Positions 1 to 9,072 of a stretch of DNA of 64,000 nucleotides are shown here, in pieces. Numbering within the stretch: the stretch's first letter is position 1; each line of letters opens with the position of its first letter. The notes beneath the pieces are model-generated. The model was not told the origin of the DNA. It saw only the letters and a program-made list of their open reading frames with translations, and searched no databases. The translations under genes were made by a program, and so were the position numbers. This stretch comes from Eledone cirrhosa (taxonomy: Eukaryota), in NCBI GenBank assembly GCA_964016885.1, contig OZ024747.1:34410001-34474000 (forward strand), read 5' to 3'.

Positions 1-807
1 CCTCTTAACTAGTTCGCTAATCCGGTCTCTGTAGGCCTTGCGCGCTGGTAAGGACGCGTTTAGCTTCCAGTAGCCGGGTCCTCGTCTATGAAGCCTATCT
101 AAGTCAAGCACACAGATCACGAATTTGTGGTCCGTGTAGCTGACTATCTTGAATTGTGGACAGCCTATGCTAGACCTATCTATTTCCCTACAAAATACTC
201 TATCTAGATATGATCTGGATGACCCTATGCGGTTTGTCCAAGTCCACATTGGCACATTCGGGAAATCCAATCGGTACCTGTCAGACAGTTCAAAACGCCT
301 GAGCAGGTTGGTGAGGCTCTTGCACCCTCCACCCCTATCCGCTAATCCCACACAGTCCCAGCGTGCATCTAAGATCCCGTTCCAGTCGCCCACTAACACT
401 AAAGAGCGGGACGTTCCAAGAAAGGTCTCCAGACGCCGGAAGAAATCAGGCCGCCCTGCTCCTGTCGGGGCATAGACGGCCACTAGCCTGAAAGCTTGCC
501 CGTCTCCGCTGGTCACGTCCAGCACCACCAGCTTACCCTCTGGGTCCAGGAAGATGGCCCGTATGGCGAGATCCAAACCTCTCCGAAAAAGCACAGCAAC
601 TCCTCCACCCGATCCAGGACGGCTGGGAGATGCGTACACATCGTAGCCGCCGAAGATCGGTGCGAAGGCCCGTGCTTCGGAGATTCTGGTCTCGCTGATG
701 GCCACTACATCTATGTTTAGTGACCTGAGGTCGTTGAGCAGGTGACCCTGCTTCCATGACGACCCCAAGCCACGCGCATTTATGCTGCCTATTCTGAGTG
801 AGGTCAT
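1..807 (-). CDS. LINE ORF2 N-terminus, apurinic-like (APE/EEP) endonuclease domain, partial
   Basis: My translation from ATG at 807 is open to the window edge (269 codons): MTSLRIGSINARGL...DVVAISET...LVAVYAP...VLVGDWNGIL...WTW...SYLDRVF...TDHKFV...GPGYWKLNASL. These are L1/Tx1 endonuclease motifs. It is absent from the ORF track because it has no stop in the window. Confidence 0.92.
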   Translation of the reverse strand, partial: MTSLRIGSINARGLGSSWKQGHLLNDLRSLNIDVVAISETRISEARAFAPIFGGYDVYASPSRPGSGGGVAVLFRRGLDLAIRAIFLDPEGKLVVLDVTSGDGQAFRLVAVYAPTGAGRPDFFRRLETFLGTSRSLVLVGDWNGILDARWDCVGLADRGGGCKSLTNLLRRFELSDRYRLDFPNVPMWTWTNRIGSSRSYLDRVFCREIDRSSIGCPQFKIVSYTDHKFVICVLDLDRLHRRGPGYWKLNASLPARKAYRDRISELVKR

Positions 808-842
808 GTTTAAAATAGAGTGGAAAAGATGGGAAAGACCAC

Positions 843-2939
843 TTACCGTACTTTTGGTAGAGGAGGGATGGTTTTTACATCCCTTTTCACTTGATCGTCT
901 GGTGAAGGGACCGTTGAATCGTCCCTTCGGCTGGTCGTCGGCTCTTCTAAGAGAATGTCTGAATATACTCTTCGATTAATGGTTCCTCCTAGGTCCCTGA
1001 AATCACCAACTGCGTTGGGGAATTTCGTTTTAATGTTTGTGTATTGTTTCTGTGCTATTTTTAGCAGTCTTATGTTAGTTGGCGTTTTGATTGGTGCTGG
1101 TATTATGTAGTCCTGTTGTGAAATGTCTGTGTGTTCAATTATGTAAGTCATTAGTTTCTTGTTGTGTGTATTTATTGCCGTGCATTTGTTTTTCTGGGGG
1201 TGGGGTGTGGTTCTGCTATTTTCTTGTCGTTGTTGCTGGGTGTGTGTGTTTTGTTGTTGTGTTTGCGATGTTGGTGCTTGTGGTGGTGGTGTTGAAGGTG
1301 TTGTTGGCGGTGGGGTTGTCGCCGGTGGTGATGGTGGCGCTAGTGTGGGTGGTGATGGTGTTGGTGTTGTTGCTGCTGTGGGTCTCTTTGCAGTAGACTT
1401 TACCCTTTTCTCATTTCTTTCCTCACTTTTCAAAGGCGACGATGCGCTGCTTCTGCGTTTGTGCCTTCTTACGACCTTTTGCCATCTCTCTCCCACCTCA
1501 CACTCCATGTCTGATTCTGTGAGGTCGGGGAGGGGTACCAACTCCACTCTTTCACTTGTTGTTGTTGGTGATGTTTGCACTGGAGTCTCTGTTGCAGCTG
1601 CATTTGGTATTGCTGTTGTTGTTGTTAGTATTTCCACTGCTGCTGCTGTTTTTGATTTCCGTGGAGTGGGTATGGGTGCCACGGGCCTATCGTTCCTGGT
1701 TGCCGCTTGTCCTGTTGCTGGTAGCCGTGGAGCCGGATTCGGAAGGAGGGGGGTTTTCTCCTTTCTCAGGGTCTTCTCGTTGCAGAAGGCCCTGAGGTGA
1801 GTCTTCGATCCACAGCGAAAGCATTTCGGGCGTTTGCCCTCAACACTTATGGGCAGTTGAGTGCCGTTATCGAAGTCTATCACATCCGGGATAGCTTCGA
1901 TGCACTCCTGGTTGGTTTGGATTAGCATCTCAATGGAGGAGCCGACCCAATCTTCTCTTACTTTTTTCTGTACTTGCAGTACAGTTGTTTTGTCCTCGAT
2001 TCCGACGAGGACAGACGCGGCCAGCCAAGAAGGGGTCATTCCGGGGGGGACGTGGGTCAGTTTGACCCTCACAATTTTTTGCCCACAGTAGGAGGGCACC
2101 AACACCATTTCCTCGCTCCTTAGGGTCACTACTGATTGGGCCTTTGCCTCCTGGGGTGTGGCAAAAAGTACGTCTACGGTGGCATATTTTTTGCCTCGGG
2201 TGATGTGCGTTTTCCGCTGCCACACAGACCCCAAGGCTTTTTGTATTTGGGCCTCTGTGGCTCTTTCCACCCTACGGGATTTTGTACTTACTGTACGGTA
2301 CGTGACCGTACAGTGCTCTTGGGTTTCGAAAAAATTTTTCGCTGCCTTGCAGATTGCTCGGTGTCCGTTCTTTGTCACCATCTTCTTCGCTTCCTCTAAT
2401 TCCTCATTTGTTATGAGGATTGTTTCCAAATTTTTCGCAATACCTGCAAATGAGATTGGTTTTTCTCTGCTGTTGTTGTTGTCGTCAGAGCTGCTGGTAC
2501 TTTTGTTGTTGCTGCAGGTACTACGACTACTGCCTCCGCCGCTGTTGCTGTGGTTGTTGTTGGTGTTGCTGCTGCTAATGCTGTTGTTGTTTATGCTGCT
2601 GGTGATGCTGTTGCGGCTGCTACTGTTGTTTTCATTGTCACTGTTGCTGTTGTTATTACGGCTGCTACTGCTATTATTCCTGACGTCAGACGAATGAACT
2701 GGGTTTTCGTATTTCCCGCACACCTGTTTCGTCGCTGTCGTCGTCGTCGTGGAGAAACCTTGCACGCTTTGCACGAGACTTTTCTTTTCTTTCGTCACTT
2801 GCGAAAGAGAAGGGAGGGAGAGAGACACATTTAAAGAAGGGAGGGAGAGAGACAATCTTCTCTCTGCTGTAGTGATGATTGAGGAAGAAGAAGACGGAAT
2901 GAGTGGGAGTGACGTATGAAATTTCTTTTTGGTAGCCAT
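843..2939 (-). CDS. LINE ORF1 (gag-like nucleic-acid-binding protein, CCHC zinc knuckle)
   Basis: Track ORF 843..2972; first ATG in AAAC-ATG-G context at 2939. Contains the knuckle CFRCGSKTHLRAFC and Ser/Asn- and Pro/Thr-rich linkers, and lies directly upstream of ORF2. Confidence 0.88.
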   Translation of the reverse strand: MATKKKFHTSLPLIPSSSSSIITTAERRLSLSLPSLNVSLSLPSLSQVTKEKKSLVQSVQGFSTTTTTATKQVCGKYENPVHSSDVRNNSSSSRNNNSNSDNENNSSSRNSITSSINNNSISSSNTNNNHSNSGGGSSRSTCSNNKSTSSSDDNNNSREKPISFAGIAKNLETILITNEELEEAKKMVTKNGHRAICKAAKNFFETQEHCTVTYRTVSTKSRRVERATEAQIQKALGSVWQRKTHITRGKKYATVDVLFATPQEAKAQSVVTLRSEEMVLVPSYCGQKIVRVKLTHVPPGMTPSWLAASVLVGIEDKTTVLQVQKKVREDWVGSSIEMLIQTNQECIEAIPDVIDFDNGTQLPISVEGKRPKCFRCGSKTHLRAFCNEKTLRKEKTPLLPNPAPRLPATGQAATRNDRPVAPIPTPRKSKTAAAVEILTTTTAIPNAAATETPVQTSPTTTSERVELVPLPDLTESDMECEVGERWQKVVRRHKRRSSASSPLKSEERNEKRVKSTAKRPTAATTPTPSPPTLAPPSPPATTPPPTTPSTPPPQAPTSQTQQQNTHTQQQRQENSRTTPHPQKNKCTAINTHNKKLMTYIIEHTDISQQDYIIPAPIKTPTNIRLLKIAQKQYTNIKTKFPNAVGDFRDLGGTINRRVYSDILLEEPTTSRRDDSTVPSPDDQVKRDVKTIPPLPKVR

Positions 2940-3150
2940 GTTTTTTTGTTTAAAATGAAATTTTGGGTACAAAACCCCAATAACTGGTTATTTAACCCCG
3001 AAGGGCCAAATAACGGACAGAAAGAACCCTCTCACGAGGAGGAGGGTGTCTTTATCAACAATTTGGTTCAAGTTTTAAACAATTTACAATTGTTTTAACG
3101 GTTAAAAATTACTATACCTTACAGAGCCGAGCCTCCGTCAACCATGGCAT

Positions 3151-3152
3151 TC

Positions 3153-3200
<48 letters not shown>
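3151..3200. repeat. (AAT)n microsatellite between the T2 3' end and the T1 5' end
   Basis: Visible perfect AAT run. Confidence 0.97.
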
Positions 3201-3202
<2 letters not shown>

Positions 3203-4646
3203 TTTCTTTATTAACCACAAGGGTTTACATAAAGTAGACATTAAGGACAGTGCAGGACAATGCAGGACGGTACAAATGGGCATTTCTGCGTGTAAAAAAA
3301 CAAAAACAGAGGATGTAACAAAAATAACAATGAAAATAACAATGAAAAATTCCCCAATAGGGGGGAGACTTCGGAGGGACATTTGTGGAGAAAGCCCAGT
3401 AAAAAGCCACAATGACCCTGACCACCAAGGCAAGTGCCCTCTCCCAGTTTTCCACCTTTAGTTTACAGATATATACTCAGAGTCGGCCCATTCACTCGGG
3501 CCATTCTTGCTTCTCTCACCCATCTTTCAACAAAATGCTGGGAAGAGAGCACTTCCCTCTCTACTCTGATTTTCCTTTTCAAATGAAATTTGAAAAAGTC
3601 AATCAGAGCATCACCGAAGAGGTAAGTGCTCGTCTTCAGCCCTTTCAAACGTGTCCACCATACTATCTCTTTCGCCATGGCCACCAGACAGATAAAAACT
3701 GCCTGCCCTTCCCGGCTAAAGGAGGAGGGCGGGGCAATCCTCACGATGGACTCAGATGATAGCTGGATCCGTCCTAAACGCGACAGCAGGTGTTCGACAT
3801 AAACCCACAAGTCAGCAATTTTCGGACACTGGACGAGTGCGTGCAGGACGGTTTCGTCGCCCTGCGCGCATCTCGGACATGCCCGGCTGACGGCACCTCC
3901 ATGCCTGTAGAGTTTATCCCGAACTTGCAAGGCTCCTCGGTAGCACTGCCAGGCCAGAGATTTCTGGAAGTTGTCCATAGGCCCCGGCCCGAAAGTTCTT
4001 CCGAAGAGATTGGCTAGTTGATTTTCGTCGACGCCTAGAGTTTCCCCAAGTACGTCGTCGCTCTTCCCCTCCACTAATCCTCTATAGAACGCCGAGGTGG
4101 AGTTTCCACCGATCACATTGCCCGATTGGTCGAGGGCTGTGAGCGCCTGAAGACATTCCAGTCTCCAGGCGCTCCCTCTCGGTCTTCGCTTGACCCAGGA
4201 CTGCAGCTCCGTCAAGGAAACGAGCTGGGGAAAAACGCGTCTAGCAAACGGCGACCACACCTGATCACCGTCGAGGAAGAGGTGGAGATGTCGTAGCCTG
4301 AGCGCGTGCCTGCGCATCATCAGCCACGGCATGCCCAGCCCTCCACGTAGCGGGTGTTGACAACAGATGGACCGCCTGACCATCGGAGCACGTCCCTTCC
4401 ACAAAAAGCGAAAGAGCAAACGCTCCAGCGCAGTCAGGCGAGGCTTAGGACAAGGTACGACGGTTAGGCGGTAGCAGATGACAGACGCGATGTACGCGTT
4501 AGCCACCTCCGCTCGACCTTTCAGGGATAGCTTCCTCTCCGCCCATTTCTGGGTGAGAGAAGCCTCCCTGCTCGTCACCTCGTCCCAGTTTTTGTCCGTC
4601 TGGAAGTCCGGACCGAACCAGACCCCTAGCAATTTAACCGGTCCGT
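3201..4646 (-). mobile_element. Tx1/L1-clade LINE copy T2, 5'-truncated (ORF2 C-terminus + 3' UTR)
   Basis: Open frame 3463..4632, then a 3' UTR ending CCCTTGTGGTTAATAAAGAAATC-(ATT)n. Confidence 0.9.
3463..4632 (-). pseudogene. ORF2 C-terminal part (RT thumb region and zf-RVT-like Cys-rich domain), 5'-truncated
   Basis: LGVWF...LSLKGRAEVAN...FLWKG...GGLGMP...CPRCAQGDETVLHALVQC, typical of Tx1/L1 ORF2. Confidence 0.88.
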
Positions 4647-5160
4647 AACGATAACGCCATCACTATAGTCACCGCCGCCACCACCCATCCAACATTGCTA
4701 CCACTATCCCATCACCGCTGCCGCCACTCCTTCATTGCTACCACCGCTATTCCCCGATTACCTTCTGTTAACTTACGAAAGGGGAAGGTGGCGGTATCAC
4801 TAGACAATATTAATAAACAATATTAATATTTAATTTTGGATCAGGAATGTTGGAGTCGAAAAGGAGGAAAATGGCAAAATGACTAAATAGCTAAATAGCT
4901 AAAGATAATTTCACCACCAACACCACCACCACCACTACCACGCTAAAACTCTGGTCAAGTTGCTACAACCTCTATTTCTACTTCAACTTCAACACCATCA
5001 CTACAGTACTACGATCACATCACCACCACCACTGCCTCATTATCGCTACCGCCGCTATTCTCTCCCACTACCTCCAGCTAGGTACTACTAGCACAGCACC
5101 ACCACCACTGCCTCATTATCACTACCGCCGCTATTCTCTCCAACTACCTCCTGCTACATC
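4647..5160. repeat. Degenerate CAC/CTA-rich tandem repeat, including two ~76-bp units at ~5021-5156
   Basis: CACCACCACCACTGCCTCATTATCRCTACCGCCGCTATTCTCTCCMACTACCTCC occurs twice, with related degenerate copies at 4650-4770. Confidence 0.7.
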
Positions 5161-5439
5161 GTAGTGTCCCCACTAAAAGAGGAAGGCATCAAAATATATA
5201 AATAGAGTGAATTGATGACCCGGTCAAAATCAAAAAACCAAAATCAAAATCAAAGCAGCACAGCAACAACGAAAAACGTAAAGAAAAGTAAAATGAAGAG
5301 AAGAACAAACAGACGGACAGAGAAGGGAAGGGAAAAACTAAGTCAGACATTCAAACATTACATTACAATGAAACTTATGCTTATTCATTTTTGGGTGTTT
5401 TTTTGCCTGTTTGTTTGTTTGTTTATTTATGTTCGTCTA

Positions 5440-8400
5440 CAGCGTGATAATGCCACGCAAAAATCACCGGGAGTGACGAAATCACCGGTGGTTATGTAAC
5501 CATGCATTCGCCATTCCTCGATAAGAGTGTTTAAATGTCGAACCTAAATAGTTCGAATAACGGTGAAGTGGAGACTAGAATGTCATGTGACAGACTCTCA
5601 CCCAACAGGTGCTCCCTGGCTCAGCAGCAGGGACCTGGCTTCAACCAAATACTGCTGGTGTCGGAGGAAGAAGAAGAAGGAAATGACCAGAACCAACTGG
5701 ACGAAAAAATGGAATAGAACTGTTATGCAATGTTACCTGAAGAGTAACCCCAAGGAGAAAGGCTATACGAAACGGATGCATAACATTTGGAACGAGATTG
5801 GTCTATTTAAATTAGATGAACAAAAATTGGCCGAGCAGGCTCGGATAATGGGTGATAAGCGAGCTGGAACTGGAGGAACTGAACAGAGAGATTAGCTTGG
5901 AGATGGAGAGTGGAGTATGCCATGCAAACAAGCCAGTGGGAAATGAAGGTGAAGAGGTCGAGAGAACGGAGGAACCATCCGAAGCAGACAATGATCTGAA
6001 TGCTGAAATAAACAATACCTGGAACAGAGATACGGCCACTGAGGAGATGAATGCTGACGGGCTAGGACAAGATTTGGTTGATATCGTAAACTTAGTGGTA
6101 CATGAATTGAACAATGATAGTGGGAAACCTATCAACCTGAGATTTGTAAACAGGAAAAAGTTAAAAGAAACAACAGCTAAGGTAAACAAAGTCATCCCAT
6201 ACCTTGAGGCGAGGAGCCTTCACCCGTGCAACAATATCCTCAAAGCAACAGCAAATACGATGAGGAAATTACTTGGTATAAAAGCGAGAGGAAACAACAA
6301 ACAAGAAAGATCAGAGCCTTGGTGAAAGAAACGACTGAGTGGTCAAATCAGGGAAATGAGAAATGACATTGGAAAGCTTGAGTCCCTACTGAATGGGACA
6401 CTAAAATACATAGACACTCAAAATAGACTGGAAATAAAGTACAAAACTAGGAGGAAAAAGCTAAATAATATCATAGAGGAACTGAAGCAACGCATTGTAG
6501 CAAAGAGTGCACAAATCAGGCGATACTAGAACAGAGTCAGTCAGTATAGACAGAACTGCATCTTTGACAACATCCAGAAGATGCTGTTTGGACAGCTTGA
6601 AGGGAAAGAAAGAGGCAACGACTTGATCCCTGAGGCGGAACAAACTAAAACTTTCTGGAGAGGAATATGGGAGCAGGATGTTAAACATAATGACCAGGCA
6701 GTGTGGATTGAGACAGTACAGACGGAGATTAGTGAACAGGCACTCCAACAAACTGATTTGAGTATCACGGTTGAAACTCTTAAGGGGCAGGCCAAACAAC
6801 TAACCAACTGGAGATCACCAGGCCCAGATGGAGTGCAGGAGTATTGGATTAAAAATATAACATCCCTCCACCCGAAACTGACAACCATGTTCAATGACTG
6901 CTTGATGTAAGGTGAGGTACCAGAGTGGTTGACAAAAGGTACCATAGTTCTGATAATGAAAGACCGAATCCAGGGTAACTATAGACCTATCACATGTCTG
7001 TCCGTAATGTGGAAACTGTTGACAAGCATTATGTCTGAGGAAATCTACCATCACCTCCACACAATCAACTTGTTACCGGACGAACAGAAAGGATGCCGAA
7101 AGAAGTCCCGTGGTACAAAGGACCAGTTACTTATTCATAAGATGGTAATGAGGAATTGCAAGAGGAGACACACTGGTCTTGCCATGGGATGGATAGACTA
7201 CAACAAGGCATTTGACATGGTGCCTCATTCTTGAATCACCAAAGGCCTGGAGATCTTCAGGGTGGCAGATAACATCAGACAGTTGTTGGGCAAAAGTATG
7301 AAGTCCTGGGAAACAGAGTTAACATCAGCTGGAGAATCCTTAGGAAGCGTGAAGATCAAGAGATGTATCTTCCAGGGAGATAATCTGTCCCCTCTGTTGT
7401 TTGTCCCTGCCCTGATGCCCCTGACCAGTATATTGCGAAAAGTGAGAGCAGGATACAGGTTGGGAAAGGGAGGGCTTACCATCAATCACCTCTTCATGGA
7501 CGATCTCAAGCTCTTCGGGAAGAGTGAGAAGGAGTTGGATGTGCTTGTTGACACTGTCCGTATTTTCAGCAATGATATATGTATGCAATTTGGTATTAGT
7601 AAGTGTGGAGTCCTTGTGATGAAGAGGGGTAAATTGAGCAGAAGTAACGGAATCCAGGTACCAACAGGTGAGATGATAAAGGAAATTGACACTGAAGAAG
7701 GATACAAGTATTTGGGTTTTCTGGAGTCTGATGACATTAAGAACAAAAAAATGAAGGAATTGATAAGAACTGAATACATTCGGAGAGTAAGGAGCGTATT
7801 AAAGTCACATCTGAACAGTAGGAATGCCATAAGTGCAGTAAATTCCCGAGCTGTGTCTATTATTAGGTACAGTGCGGGAATTCTGAGATGGAATGTTGCT
7901 GAACAAAAAGAAATGGATAGGAAGACTAGGAAGCTATTGACTATCTACAACATGTTCCACAAGAGGAGTGATGTCGATAGACTCTACCTAAGGAGATCTG
8001 AGGGTGGAAGAGGTCTTATCAGCATAGAGGACTGTGTTCGGATGGAGAAAAACAACCTATACAAATACGTGACCTATAGTAAGGAGCCAATGCTCAGAAC
8101 TGTACTGAAGGAGGGGACAGTAGGCCAGGGGATGTCCAAGGAGGAAATAACATCAAGGAGGAAGAGCAGCCTTAAGGGAAAATCCCTTCATGGTACCTTC
8201 TTTGAGAAAACTGAATTTAGAGATCCACAGACATGGAACTGGTTGAAAGAGGAGACCTTAAAAAGGCTACAGAAGGAATGTTAATGGCTGCGCAAGTGCA
8301 GGCTCTCAAAACGAAGTGGTTGAAACACCATATTTACAAGGAGGAGGCTAGCCCAGTGTGCAGGATCTGTGGAGAGAGAGAGGAGACTCTGGCTCACATT

Positions 8401-9004
8401 GTATCCGAGTGTAAACACCTAGCCCAGACTCACTATAGGGGCTGGAGACATGATGTGATGGGCAGGGTGATCCACTGGCACCTATGCAAAGTAAACAATT
8501 TATCACATTCTGAGAAGTGGTATGAGCATAAGCCAGAGTCGGTGATAGAAAACGATCAGGTGAAGGTGCTGTGGGATTTTAGGATACAGACGGACAAAAA
8601 ACTGTAACACAATAGACCTGACCTGGTGGTCGTGGACAAAGAAAAAAGATCGTGCCTGATTGTGGATTTGGCTTGCCCATTCGACACGAGAGTGCAAGAG
8701 AAGGAGAGGGACAAAATTAACCGATACCAGGACTTAAAGTGGGAGGTAAAAAGGATTTGGAACTGCCATGAAGTCAAAGTGGTCCCGATTGTCATAGGCG
8801 CACTAGGTACTATATCAAAAAGTTTCCAGGGATAGTGAAAGAAAATTGGCCCCTTCACACATTTTGGAACGCTTCAAAAGGCATGCTTGCTGGGAACAGC
8901 AAGAACCCTCCGATACGTCCTGAATATGTGAGGCTGCAGGTAGTGGCTTGATATTCATTTCAACAAACTTTCCAGTTAACTCACATCAATGACTGAGACT
9001 CAAA

Positions 9005-9005
<1 letters not shown>
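5440..9005 (+). mobile_element. R4/Dong-clade non-LTR retrotransposon, family D1, near full length, several stops/frameshifts
   Basis: [78 protein letters not shown] and PDL..D....IVD.ACP (RLE) motifs in successive frames. Ends in (AAT)n. The 5' boundary is approximate. Confidence 0.9.
7262..8284 (+). pseudogene. Reverse transcriptase core fragment of Dong-like D1
   Basis: Track ORF with QGDNLSPLLF, FMDDLKLF and YKYLG; flanked by stops and a frameshift. Confidence 0.88.

Positions 9006-9071
<66 letters not shown>
9006..9071. repeat. (AAT)n shared tail-to-tail by D1 (+) and Tx1 T3 (-)
   Basis: Visible run between the two 3' ends. Confidence 0.97.

Positions 9072-9072
<1 letters not shown>

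Larger units (their letters stand above)
1..3150 (-). mobile_element. Tx1/L1-clade LINE copy T1 (5' UTR, intact ORF1, start of ORF2; runs off the left edge of the window)
   Basis: ORF1 with CCHC knuckle, then a 35-nt spacer and an open APE endonuclease frame. The 5' end abuts the (AAT)n tract at 3151. Confidence 0.9.

Noticed and set aside
841-848. ACTTACC(T) as a U1 snRNA gene fragment or an snRNA target site as in Keno/Utopia
   Set aside because: Only 7-8 nt match, internal to the element, with no further U1 sequence; better read as a donor on the minus strand.
149-2834. Plus-strand ORFs overlapping T1 (e.g. 149..475, 1159..1800, 2158..2697) and their repeats at 10831-11402
   Set aside because: Antisense shadows of LINE ORFs and of CAA/CAG-rich linkers; they recur only because the element copies are close relatives.
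4647-5160. CRISPR-like or coding repeat array
   Set aside because: Degenerate low-complexity tandem repeat with no unique spacers; eukaryotic context.
5495-5570. HDV-like ribozyme in the D1 5' UTR (TTCGC/GTGAA, TCCTCG loop, TCGAAC/GTTCGA hairpin)
   Set aside because: I could not place P1, the GG of P1.1 or the catalytic C consistently in both D1 copies; needs a covariance search.
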